64,000 nucleotides of DNA, taken from Schmidtea polychroa. Its lineage: Eukaryota. Shown here piece after piece: positions 26,747 to 36,490 of the stretch (within the stretch, counting starts at the first letter, position 1; every line of letters begins with the position of its first letter). A model generated the notes under the pieces. It did not search any database. It was given only the letters and a program-made list of their open reading frames with translations, and was not told the DNA's origin. Location of the stretch: contig CM097887.1 of NCBI GenBank assembly GCA_044892525.1, positions 80,082,397-80,146,396 of the forward strand, given 5' to 3'. A program made the translations under genes and the position numbers.

Positions 26747-27215
26747 TTTGAATTTTGAATAAATATTTCTGTTGCTATTTTCTAGATTTTATTTATATTT
26801 ATGTTAACCTAAATTTATAAAGTTTCATTACTTCAATACAAAAGGTAATACCGACATATTTTCTAATTTATTCTTAAACCCTTGATCAGTCATTTCGAGA
26901 TTTCAGTGTACAATAAATCATAAAATAGCGACTTAAAATATGACCATAAAATTAGAAAAGCGAACAATGATAAAAGACATTATCAAAAAGCAAACCGAAA
27001 TGTTTATTTGGCGAGCAATAATGGAAAGCGGTTGTGGGGCAGCAACCAATCAAATGAAAGAAATATCAAGAAACAACCAATCGAATCAAATCAAATGTTG
27101 AAGAATATGGGAATCGTCCAGTTATACAGTATCTGAAAAGAATTGCGCATAATATCAACCTTTATTATGGATTGGCAACAATTTGAAAAGTTATAATTTT
27201 TTTGATCGCATTGTT

Positions 27216-27458
27216 AGTAGTGGGGATATATCCCTCACGACCACAGGCCTCCCACTGTTTTCATGTTTTATGGCTATTTTACCCCAAAAAACGTACAAAA
27301 AAACACTAAAAACCCTTAAAAACGCACATTTTTTATTTTGCTCTATTTCGCAAAATTTAAAAAATATGGATTTAAGTCTACAAAACGGAGAAAAATGCCG
27401 ATAAAGCTATGAAAAGCGTATATCGGCCTGCGGTCGTGAGGGATATATCCCCACTACT
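27216..27458 (+). repeat. Left terminal inverted repeat, itself bounded by an internal inverted copy of its first 34 nt
   Basis: 27216-27249 is the reverse complement of 27425-27458 with one mismatch; contains the palindrome GGGATATATCCC. Confidence 0.92.
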
Positions 27459-27471
27459 CGGAGGAACTATA

Positions 27472-27587
27472 GGTCTTGGTGAATACAATACTGGTGAATC
27501 CTATCTTGCGAATGCGGTCTTGGTGAATACAGGTCTTGGTGCTACGGTCTTGGTGATTGCTGGTCTTGGTGATTGCTGGTCTTGGTG
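27472..27587 (+). repeat. Array of six exact GGTCTTGGTG 10-mers
   Basis: Copies start at 27472, 27516, 27532, 27546, 27562, 27578. Confidence 0.9.
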
Positions 27588-27705
27588 ATAAATAAAATAA
27601 AAAAATAAAAAAATAAAAAATAAAAATATAAAAAAATAAAAAATTAAAAAAATAAAAATAGAAAAATAGAAAACATAGGATCCAGTAAAAAAATTTATTC
27701 TAAAA

Positions 27706-30700
27706 ATGAACTGTAATATTTGCAATAAAGTTTTTAAAAATAAAACAGGATTAATTTCCCACTGTAAGTCGAAGGCTCACTTACTAAAAGAAAATAATCT
27801 TAATGACACAAATTCAAAACTCTGTCCTAAATGTAAAGGAAGATATCTACATTCAGGATATAATAAACATTTTGAAAATTGTATCGGGAGACTTAGAGAA
27901 GTATTTACATGCCCTCATTGCAACTTTTCAACAAAAATAAATTTCTACTATTTAAAACATTTAAAAGAACATATAAAAGAAAATCCCGAGGATGAGGAAT
28001 GTTATTCAGAAGGAGAACCTGATCATGTTGAAAGAGAAAAATACAACTGGGATAATTTTAATCATATAGATGAATTTAAATTAAAAATTAATGGACCTGC
28101 AACCCCTGGAGAATATATAAAGAGAAATAAAAAAAATATAAAAGATTCTTTCTGTGAGGCTTTAAAAAATTATAAACCGACAAGGTATAATGTTATAAAA
28201 TATAAAATCACAATAAAAGCAAAATACTGGAGAGCCCAAGGAGCCCAAGAAGACACAATTCCTTTAGATGTTGAAATCCCAATGCCTTTTAAATATTTAT
28301 TTTCAACTAGAGGATTTAATAAAAGCATCAAAGAAATAATTCAAGCAGTCGAAGCAAAACAAGAAGAGATTGAAAATGAATTAGGAGATTCAAACTTAGT
28401 ATTTCAATCCTTCCAATCTTTAGTGATTGATTATTGGAGGGGATTACCACCTAATCCTAAATTCTATATTCCTACACCCTTTAAATCTAAAAATGTTATA
28501 AATGTGCAGAATAAGGATAACAAATGTTTCATGTGGTCAATACTTGCACATTTACATCCTCAAACCGAAAACCCCCAAAGAGTTTCAAAATACAAAGAAT
28601 ATGAAAATGAATTAATATTCCCAGGAGGACCGGAAGGCCAAGGAGGATTCATGCATCCAATGAAACTAGAAGATATTCCAGAATTTGAAAAACTAAATAA
28701 TCTTAAACTTAATATTTATGAACATGTTAAAGGATGGGGACGTGGATGCAGAGATATTATTCCAATTTATATTTCTGATTATGAAATACAAGGCTATGAA
28801 GTACAAGAAGGCGATAGCACGAGGGAGATATATCTTTTAATCTTGGAACATGAAAATAATCAACATTATATTTTAATAAAAAACTTTCAAGCTTTTACAT
28901 CTCCAGAGAATCCAACTAGTGGAGGAGGAACATGTAAAAGATGTCTTCATTATTCAACAACTGAAAACTCCATGATTAAGCATGCAAGATTTTGTGAAAA
29001 GGATTCACCAGCTTTAATTAGAATGCCTACAGATCCCAGGATGTATTTTAAAAACTTTTCAAATTTATTACAAACATTAGGAGTAATTTACGGAGACTTT
29101 GAATCTATAAATCATAAACAAGATCTAGTCAAGCAATATTTAAAAATAATAGAAAAATATAAACTCATGGATGAATGGAAAGCCTCTAAACAGAAGAAGA
29201 AACCAACAAGGTTGAAGGCCTTTCTAAGAAAAAATAATAAACCCAATAGTGTTAAAAAAACTAAACAATTACCATCTGCTTATAAATTATTATTTAAAAG
29301 TAATTATCCCGAAGTCATAGAATCTAGAGAATATGCATTTCAAGGAACTTCAGAAGATGTCTTGGATCATTTTACTACAAGTATAAATGATCTAGAACAT
29401 GAAATATTTGAAGCATTAAAAACAAAGTATCCTCAAAATATTTCAGATCAACAATTAGAAGAATATAAAAATACTTTCAACTGTTGGATGTGCAAACAAG
29501 AGATCAATACAGGGAATCCAACTAATGATAAGGTTATAGATCACGATCATTTAAAAAGTGAAAATAATTATCGAGGAGCAGCCCATAGAGATTGCAATCT
29601 TAATTGTCATACCCCCAAATTTGTACCAGTTATATTTCATAATCTTTTTGGTTATGACGTACATCTATTTATAAAGCATCTAGCAGCAAATGCCAAAAAC
29701 TCTTTCAAGGTTATTGGCTTAACAAAGGAAAAATATAAATCACTTGAATATGGGAAATTAAAATTTATAGATTCCTTAAACTTTCTCCAAATGTCTTTAG
29801 ATGGCATAGCAAAAACATTAAAGCTAGAAGATTTTAAAATCACTCGGGAGTTCTTGGAAAAAAATAATATACCAGCAGAAGAATTTCCTACATGCTTGGC
29901 GAAAGGAATATATCCCTATGACTACGTTGACTCCTTTGAAAAATATAAGGAAACAAAATTACCAGAGAAAGAACACTTTTATTCACTACTTTCAAAATCT
30001 GGGATTACAGATAGTGAATATTCCCGAGCTCAGAAAATGTTTCACCTGTTTGACTGTAAAACTTTAGGAGATTATACAAGTATGTACTTGTCCCTAGATG
30101 TTTACATTCTAGCAGATTGCTTTGAGGAATTTACAAAGTCTTTTGTTCTTAAACCTTATAATTATATAACTGCACCCTCTTTAGCTTGGGATACTATGTT
30201 ATATACCATTTGGACTTCAGATCTTCCAGAATCTGATAAAATTATAGATCTTTTAACCGAGCAAGACATGTTTAATTTAATTAAAACAAACATTAGAGGA
30301 GGAGTATCCTCAGTAATGGGGAATAGAGAAATAAAAGCTAGAAATGCAATAACTACTAGCCGAATGCTCTCTGATGATCCATATATAAAACTTAACGATG
30401 AGGAACTAAAAGAAGTATTAGAAGGAATGAAAAATCCTCTATTTATACTTTATATAGATGCAACAGCTTTATATTCAGGAATTATGACTCAATATTTACC
30501 AATGAGTGACTTTCATGAAATATATCCTCCAGAATGCCCCTCAGAAGAAGAATGCCCCTTAAAAGACCTTATGAAAGAAATACGTTCAACTCCTAAAGAT
30601 TCTCCAATAGGATACTTTGTAGAATGTGACCTCGACTACCCAGATGATATAAAATCAGGAACAAGACATTTCCCTTTAGCTCCTATAAGAAGAAAGATTG

Positions 30701-32067
30701 ATATCAACGAACTTTCTGAATGGCAAATCTCACAAGATAAACCTCCAATAATGAAACTTCTTTGTGATCAAACAGATCGAACTTATTATCTTTGTCACTA
30801 TAGACTCCTCCAGTTTTATCTTTCACAAGGAATGATATTAAAAAAAGTTCATAGTGTCATAAGATTTAAACAAGCAGCATTCATGAAGACTTTCATCGAG
30901 GAGAACATTCGTTGTCGAAACATTGCAAAAAGAGGTAACCTTTTAAAAGACAATAATTATAAACTTTTAAACAATTCAGTCTTTGGGAAGACAATGGAGA
31001 ATGTTGATAAATATACTAATATAGAACTCTTGACAAATAGTGAAAAAGATATAGCCCGTTATAATCGTATGCTAGGAAAGCCTACATTTAAAAACGCACA
31101 AGTATTTTCTGAAAATCTTACTGCAGTAGAACTAAAGAATTATGAGAAAACATATAATAAACCAATATTTATTGGCTTTGCAATTTTAGAACTTTCAAAA
31201 TTACAAATGTATGAAACATATTATAACATCTTACAACCTATATATGGATCGAATATAGCAATGCATGCAATGGATACAGATTCAATGTTTTTAACAATAA
31301 GAACTCACGATTTACAAAGTGATATCTCTGAAAATCCTATACTTTCAAATTTAATAAATTCATCTGGAGAATTATTTTCGTTTAAAGATGAAAAACCTTT
31401 TACTCCTATAGAAAATGGAATATTTATTCGTGCTAAACAATATTCATATGAAACATTTACAAACCCTGAATTTGAAGAACATACATTTATATTTAAAACC
31501 CCAGAAACAGAAGAAAGCATTACACATAGATATCCTATATTCCCTAGAGCTGAAGAACCCGTAAAGGATAACAGATGTAAAGGAATTCAGAGATGTGTAG
31601 CAAAGAAACTTTCTCATCAAGATTATATAGATACATTGAATCCAAATCATAAAGATAAAATTGATGAAATACATCAACTTAAAAGTGAAAAGCATGATAT
31701 TTACTTGATAGAATCCCAAAAAGTATCATTATCAAATTATGATGACAAAAGATTCATACTAAGTGATTTAAAGACAACTCTTCCTATAGGAAATAATTTA
31801 ATACCTATAATAAAAAATCTTGATAGATTGAATCAGTTATATGGTACAAAGATTACTGATCTTGATATTTATAATGTTGAAATCATTTATCCTGAGAGAA
31901 TTGAGAAACCTTTATATTCTCAAGTTTTTAATCCTATATGTTTAGAACTTAAATATTTTAATACTGATCCTGAATATATAAAAGGTCTAAGTGATAAAGA
32001 ATTTAAAGATCATAAAGAGGTTCTAAAAACTAATTTCGAAAAGTTAACATCAGATTCTATCAAATGA
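27706..32067 (+). CDS. polB: Protein-primed family B DNA polymerase with N-terminal zinc fingers and an inserted endonuclease VII-like zinc module, 1453 aa
   Basis: Exo I IYGDFES, Exo II FHNLFGYD, FIDSLNF, KGIYPYDY, Exo III YLSLDV; Pol A YIDATALYS, Pol B KLLNNSVFGK, Pol C MDTDS, KGI, NYDDKR; CWMC..DHDH..YRGAAHRDCN. Confidence 0.96.
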   Translation: MNCNICNKVFKNKTGLISHCKSKAHLLKENNLNDTNSKLCPKCKGRYLHSGYNKHFENCIGRLREVFTCPHCNFSTKINFYYLKHLKEHIKENPEDEECYSEGEPDHVEREKYNWDNFNHIDEFKLKINGPATPGEYIKRNKKNIKDSFCEALKNYKPTRYNVIKYKITIKAKYWRAQGAQEDTIPLDVEIPMPFKYLFSTRGFNKSIKEIIQAVEAKQEEIENELGDSNLVFQSFQSLVIDYWRGLPPNPKFYIPTPFKSKNVINVQNKDNKCFMWSILAHLHPQTENPQRVSKYKEYENELIFPGGPEGQGGFMHPMKLEDIPEFEKLNNLKLNIYEHVKGWGRGCRDIIPIYISDYEIQGYEVQEGDSTREIYLLILEHENNQHYILIKNFQAFTSPENPTSGGGTCKRCLHYSTTENSMIKHARFCEKDSPALIRMPTDPRMYFKNFSNLLQTLGVIYGDFESINHKQDLVKQYLKIIEKYKLMDEWKASKQKKKPTRLKAFLRKNNKPNSVKKTKQLPSAYKLLFKSNYPEVIESREYAFQGTSEDVLDHFTTSINDLEHEIFEALKTKYPQNISDQQLEEYKNTFNCWMCKQEINTGNPTNDKVIDHDHLKSENNYRGAAHRDCNLNCHTPKFVPVIFHNLFGYDVHLFIKHLAANAKNSFKVIGLTKEKYKSLEYGKLKFIDSLNFLQMSLDGIAKTLKLEDFKITREFLEKNNIPAEEFPTCLAKGIYPYDYVDSFEKYKETKLPEKEHFYSLLSKSGITDSEYSRAQKMFHLFDCKTLGDYTSMYLSLDVYILADCFEEFTKSFVLKPYNYITAPSLAWDTMLYTIWTSDLPESDKIIDLLTEQDMFNLIKTNIRGGVSSVMGNREIKARNAITTSRMLSDDPYIKLNDEELKEVLEGMKNPLFILYIDATALYSGIMTQYLPMSDFHEIYPPECPSEEECPLKDLMKEIRSTPKDSPIGYFVECDLDYPDDIKSGTRHFPLAPIRRKIDINELSEWQISQDKPPIMKLLCDQTDRTYYLCHYRLLQFYLSQGMILKKVHSVIRFKQAAFMKTFIEENIRCRNIAKRGNLLKDNNYKLLNNSVFGKTMENVDKYTNIELLTNSEKDIARYNRMLGKPTFKNAQVFSENLTAVELKNYEKTYNKPIFIGFAILELSKLQMYETYYNILQPIYGSNIAMHAMDTDSMFLTIRTHDLQSDISENPILSNLINSSGELFSFKDEKPFTPIENGIFIRAKQYSYETFTNPEFEEHTFIFKTPETEESITHRYPIFPRAEEPVKDNRCKGIQRCVAKKLSHQDYIDTLNPNHKDKIDEIHQLKSEKHDIYLIESQKVSLSNYDDKRFILSDLKTTLPIGNNLIPIIKNLDRLNQLYGTKITDLDIYNVEIIYPERIEKPLYSQVFNPICLELKYFNTDPEYIKGLSDKEFKDHKEVLKTNFEKLTSDSIK

Positions 32068-32141
32068 TTTTTTTCTTTTAAAAATGTCAACAATTAATTT
32101 AAGAGTGACAACATCAACCTTTTGAAGGGCAATAAATTTTT

Positions 32142-32777
32142 TTATGTATGATTCTTTAGCCACTTCTCTCGTTTAATTTTTTTAGAATATTCATTAGTTA
32201 TAACATTAGCACTTTTTAATCTATTAATATTATTTTTAATATCTTGTATTATTTGATTTGATTTCATTATTTCATCATCAGTTAAGATTCCATCTTCCAA
32301 AGCTTTTAATTGAAATAAAAATAATTTAGAGATTCCTAATTCTATTGATAAACAAACTTCACGATATAAACTTTTCTTTTTAGAAGTATAAGATAATGAA
32401 ACTATTTCAGTCAAGAAACCATCAGCTACAGAAATACTTCCAAGTATTACAGGTGCTATTGTTAAAACTGGTAAAGTTATGGGTAAAATAACTGTTAATA
32501 TTGCAGATGCAAATCCTTAAGAATAACCTATAATTTTTAAAACTGTATTCCCTTTATTCCATCTATTTTTAACCTTTTTATAATGCTTTAATAAATCTTG
32601 TAAATGTAAGGTTTCTGATTTAAATTCTTTTACTCTCATAATTTCAAGTTCTGTGGGAGCCGAGGCCTTGGAACCTTTGTGACCTTCGGAATAATATCCT
32701 GATGATCTCAATTCTGGAGGGACCTCTGGGTAAATTTTTTCTTCTCTTACTTCTTCCATCTTTTGGACTTTGTCCAT
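32142..32777 (-). pseudogene. Polinton membrane protein (possible GasderminX-type) split by one in-frame TAA at 32517-32519
   Basis: ORFs 32517-32777 and 32142-32414 are in the same frame; the interval reads GFASAILTVILPITLPVLTIAPVILGSISVADGFL (hydrophobic hairpin), followed by KALEDGILTDDE, a motif typical of this Polinton protein class. Confidence 0.7.
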
Positions 32778-32785
32778 TTTAATAA

Positions 32786-33796
32786 TTAAAAAAATAAGAC
32801 TTTATTCTTCTGAGCACCATCTGGCACCAATACTCGGATATCAAAAGAAACTCTTGTTGAGAGAATATCTTTATACAATTCCATCAATGCTTTACGAACT
32901 TCATCAACATCAACCTTTTTTTCATAAAATATTAAATCTATATATTGTACAAGTGTGCTTTTAAAAATAATATTCTTACTTTTAACTTTATGTAGTCCAT
33001 GTGAATGAGTATTAACATACCAATCTCCGTGTGGTAAATCATAACTAGTCATTATAACATCACCCTTTTCAAGCTTACTATTATAATCACATTTCACAAA
33101 CCATTTCATTCTTTCATTATCATCATCAAACAAAAAGAAATAAGGATCAATAATCTTTACAACCATAAAAACACTCCATTCTTTACTGTTTGTTGTTATT
33201 AAACTTGGTTCTATAAAATGTTTATATGTATGGGGTAATAATGTTTTATTCTGTTCTAATTCAGCAGCTCTTTTTCTAATACTATGTGTGGTGTTAATGT
33301 GTGTTCCATGAGACTCTAAATTTGAAATTCTTTTATTAAATGATGTAATCATCTTATTTATTATATTATATATTGTATTAAATTTAGTATTCATAATTTG
33401 TTTATCTTTAGAGTTTAATATACTAGTATTTAACTTTACAACTTGTTCAGTTAACAGACTTTGTAACTTGTCAAATTTATCATTAAATCGTTGTTCGATA
33501 TTATTAAGCTTTGATTCCATTGAATCAATTTTTGTTGTTAATGAACTTTCAATTCTTGTTGTTGTTAAATCAGTATATTTTTTAACACCATCTACATATT
33601 TCTTATTAACTGCATCAGCTTCATCAGTTGGAAAAGATAATTCTTTTATCTTGTGTCCATTTAAAATTAAATCACCCTTCATTGAATCACCTCTTTCATT
33701 AATATATTTATTTTCTGTTAAAGTTAATATTTCTTCTGTATTAAACCCTGTTTTTATTGTTCCACCACCTCTATTACATGGAATATAAGAACTCAT
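32786..33796 (-). CDS. Fibre/spike-like protein, 336 aa
   Basis: GDSMKGDLILNGHKIKELSFPTDEADAVNKKYVD fibre-neck-like motif, heptad-rich segment, distinct C-terminal domain; adjacent to penton. Confidence 0.55.
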   Translation of the reverse strand: MSSYIPCNRGGGTIKTGFNTEEILTLTENKYINERGDSMKGDLILNGHKIKELSFPTDEADAVNKKYVDGVKKYTDLTTTRIESSLTTKIDSMESKLNNIEQRFNDKFDKLQSLLTEQVVKLNTSILNSKDKQIMNTKFNTIYNIINKMITSFNKRISNLESHGTHINTTHSIRKRAAELEQNKTLLPHTYKHFIEPSLITTNSKEWSVFMVVKIIDPYFFLFDDDNERMKWFVKCDYNSKLEKGDVIMTSYDLPHGDWYVNTHSHGLHKVKSKNIIFKSTLVQYIDLIFYEKKVDVDEVRKALMELYKDILSTRVSFDIRVLVPDGAQKNKVLFF

Positions 33797-33833
33797 TTAT
33801 TAATAATTTAAAATGACATGTGGAACTTCGTAT

Positions 33834-34604
33834 TCAAACCTGTTTCAAATGTAAATACATTGAAATCTCTTCTCCATTAAAATCAATCAATTCTCCTTCT
33901 TGATTAAGAATTTTAAAATTAATATCCATTATATATTTTCTACATAAAGGTAAATAATTTGGAGGATTCATTCTTTCAACTATTTTATATCCCATAGGAA
34001 CTGTGTTTGAGGGAAAGGAATATAAAACATTTGTTTGTTTACCATTATTATAAGAACCTGTTATACAATCGCAATGAATATTTATTGTGTTTGTATTTAT
34101 TATTTTTATAATATTTTCTGATGTTATATTCTCAACTACAGGTGTGATATAATGGTTTCGTGTAAATCCTAAAATTGTTCTAAAGAAACTATTATTTTGA
34201 AAATGAATTCCTATATTCTCTAAAGTCATTATACATTTTGAAGTTGGTAAATCCATTTTAATTTTAATGACTCCATTTGTTTTTTTAGAAAGTATATTAT
34301 TTAAATCTTTTATCTCATAAGCTCCGGGTTCGATTGTTATTATAATCTTATCTGTAGATTTTGGGCTTATATAATAAAATATGTTATTATCTTTAGTTAT
34401 ATTAAAAATAGTATTATAAGCACAAAACCATAATAGTCCTAATTCATAATTTAAATTTTGATCTGATTTAATTGAATCTTGAAAGTTTATAGTAAAGTCT
34501 GATTCTTTTGAATTTATAGATAAAGTTCTTGAATATTTATCTGACATTATGTTTACCATTTTTTTTAAATTATCTTCCGGAAGGTTGCGAAGCTCCATTT
34601 TCAT
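33834..34604 (-). CDS. Minor capsid protein (penton), 256 aa
   Basis: IEPGAYEI, TILGF, NTINIHCDCITGSY, VLYSFP, YLPL, INFKILNQEGELIDFNGE motifs of Polinton pentons. Confidence 0.85.
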   Translation of the reverse strand: MKMELRNLPEDNLKKMVNIMSDKYSRTLSINSKESDFTINFQDSIKSDQNLNYELGLLWFCAYNTIFNITKDNNIFYYISPKSTDKIIITIEPGAYEIKDLNNILSKKTNGVIKIKMDLPTSKCIMTLENIGIHFQNNSFFRTILGFTRNHYITPVVENITSENIIKIINTNTINIHCDCITGSYNNGKQTNVLYSFPSNTVPMGYKIVERMNPPNYLPLCRKYIMDINFKILNQEGELIDFNGEEISMYLHLKQV

Positions 34605-35032
34605 AGTATAGATTTTAAATCATTATAAATTTCTTGGATTAAGGAAGTGAAACCTTCTCCTTTGGATTTATTCAATCTATACAAAACATATAAGCTTAAA
34701 ATACCACATATTTTAGTATTATTAGGTTGAACTTGTAAAGAATTAAAAGTGTAGTCCGAGAGATAGTCTTCAACTTCTTTAGTGGGTTTAATCCCAAAAG
34801 AATCAAAGTATATAGATTTTTTATATATACAAACCCAATGAGATCCTTTTTCATTTGAATTTTGATAATTTATAATGATATTCTTTGGAGTGTCTTCTTT
34901 CAGACTCGACAATTCATCATTCATTAATATTTTTATTTTTAAATTTAAATAATCTGCATAATCTTTTAAATCAAAATTTGTTTTTGTATTTATTCCAAAT
35001 GTTTTTAAAAAATCTAACATTGAAGGAGTCAT
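34601..35032 (-). CDS. Adenain-like cysteine protease, 143 aa
   Basis: IIN..GSHWV (His), YFDSFG (Asp), QVQ..ICG (Gln, Cys); stop overlaps penton start (ATGA). Confidence 0.9.
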   Translation of the reverse strand: MTPSMLDFLKTFGINTKTNFDLKDYADYLNLKIKILMNDELSSLKEDTPKNIIINYQNSNEKGSHWVCIYKKSIYFDSFGIKPTKEVEDYLSDYTFNSLQVQPNNTKICGILSLYVLYRLNKSKGEGFTSLIQEIYNDLKSIL

Positions 35033-35054
35033 TTTATATTTTATAACTTCGTAT

Positions 35055-35843
35055 TTATAACTTCGTATACTTATTAAATTTATCTTTTGAAATTATTCCT
35101 TGTTTTAATAATTCTTTAGAAATCTTTAAAATATCAGAATCTAAATTATTATGTCCTGCTTTTTTAGCTGCTAATAGTTTTCTTAATTCAATAAAAAGAT
35201 TGATTGGGTTTATCTCCTTACCCTTTCCCTGGCCCTGACCCTGGCCCTCTCCTTCTGTGACAATATCATTTTTATTTAAATATTTCTTTAAATCTTGAAT
35301 ATGTTTTGCTTTAGCACTACCATGTACTAATTCTATTAAATTTAAATATTTTTTAATTTCTAGAAGATCAACATTCTCTGAGGGATATCCACAAACTAAT
35401 CCATAAAAATCATCTGTAAATTCAAAATCTAGGTGTTTAGTATTATAAACATTTTGTGAATGAATACGTGATTTATTTTCTGAATTTAAATATAACAGAA
35501 AGTCATGTTTATTAATTGTTATTATTTGATATCCTTCAACATTAATATTAAATGTAGGTTTAATTGTTTTACTTAAACTCACATTAATTTTAGGATCAAG
35601 TATAAGAGGTTTTATATTTAAATCTTCCAACCATGGTAATTCTTTTAAATCTTGTTTATCTTCCAACTCTTTAAATTTTAAAACTTCTAACTCTTTTATG
35701 GCTTTAATTGTTGGTCCTTGTTGTTGTTGGATTACCTCATTTAATATTATAGATTCAGCGTGTTGAGTTGTATCTTTTTTATTATATTTATCTTGTTCTG
35801 ATTGTAATTTTTTTAAAAGTGCTAATCTTTCTTCATATACCAT
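35055..35843 (-). CDS. Conserved-type Polinton hypothetical protein, 262 aa
   Basis: C-terminal LRKLLAAKKAGHNN..ELLKQGII motif preceded by a GEGQGQGQGKG linker. Confidence 0.7.
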   Translation of the reverse strand: MVYEERLALLKKLQSEQDKYNKKDTTQHAESIILNEVIQQQQGPTIKAIKELEVLKFKELEDKQDLKELPWLEDLNIKPLILDPKINVSLSKTIKPTFNINVEGYQIITINKHDFLLYLNSENKSRIHSQNVYNTKHLDFEFTDDFYGLVCGYPSENVDLLEIKKYLNLIELVHGSAKAKHIQDLKKYLNKNDIVTEGEGQGQGQGKGKEINPINLFIELRKLLAAKKAGHNNLDSDILKISKELLKQGIISKDKFNKYTKL

Positions 35844-35865
35844 TTTAATGGTATTAAAAATGGTA

Positions 35866-36474
35866 TCATTTTGGTAAAGGATCCGTTGGAAAGGGCTTCA
35901 AGTATAAACCTTTACCATTTTTAATTTTACAAAGACATCCATTCTTTAAAGATTTACATATTTTTTTAAAATCATCTTTATCTTTTGAAGATAAAGATTC
36001 AGATGATGAAATTTGATTTTTTAAAAAATCATTTAAACCACGGCCTTTATAAGGATCAAGATAGAGACCTTTGCCCTGAGACTTTTGCCGACTCCCCTCA
36101 TATGGATTAAGATAGAGACCCTTTCCAACGGACACTCCCCCTTTAGCTTGCCCTACCTTCTTCATTGAATCGATTTCAGTTTGTAGTTTTTCTTTTTCTA
36201 GGTCTGTCTTTTGAGATTCTTTAGCTTTTTGAACTGTAGTTGCAATTCCTCCAGCTATTCCAGCAGCACCTGATAGTCCGGCAATGATTGCAGGTATTAA
36301 AGCAGCTAAAGGAAGAATACCTCCGGATTTGGAGGAACTCCCTATATGTTCTTTAACTTGTTCTTTTACATGTTTTCCAATAAAATATTTCTTACCATCA
36401 ATTACAACTGATTTATTTTTATTTGAATTTATTAATTCTTGCAAAGATTCCTCTGTAGGGTTTTGTGTTGTCAT
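35866..36474 (-). CDS. Gly-rich core/cement-like virion precursor protein, 202 aa
   Basis: SGGILPLAALIPAIIAGLSGAAGIAGG hydrophobic segment and three GKGLYL(N/D/K)P(Y/F) repeats. Confidence 0.7.
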   Translation of the reverse strand: MTTQNPTEESLQELINSNKNKSVVIDGKKYFIGKHVKEQVKEHIGSSSKSGGILPLAALIPAIIAGLSGAAGIAGGIATTVQKAKESQKTDLEKEKLQTEIDSMKKVGQAKGGVSVGKGLYLNPYEGSRQKSQGKGLYLDPYKGRGLNDFLKNQISSSESLSSKDKDDFKKICKSLKNGCLCKIKNGKGLYLKPFPTDPLPK

Positions 36475-36490
36475 TTTATAATAAATAAAA

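Noticed and set aside
27472-27587. CRISPR-like repeat array
   Set aside because: Repeats are 10 bp with 4-6-nt spacers, there are no cas genes, and the context is eukaryotic.
32517-32519. Programmed read-through or recoding of the TAA
   Set aside because: TAA-G is a strong terminator with no evident recoding signal; a point mutation or error is simpler.
35225-35250. GQGQG-coding tract similar to the one at ~5305-5330 in the hAT remnant
   Set aside because: Short low-complexity hexamer repeat; no flanking homology.
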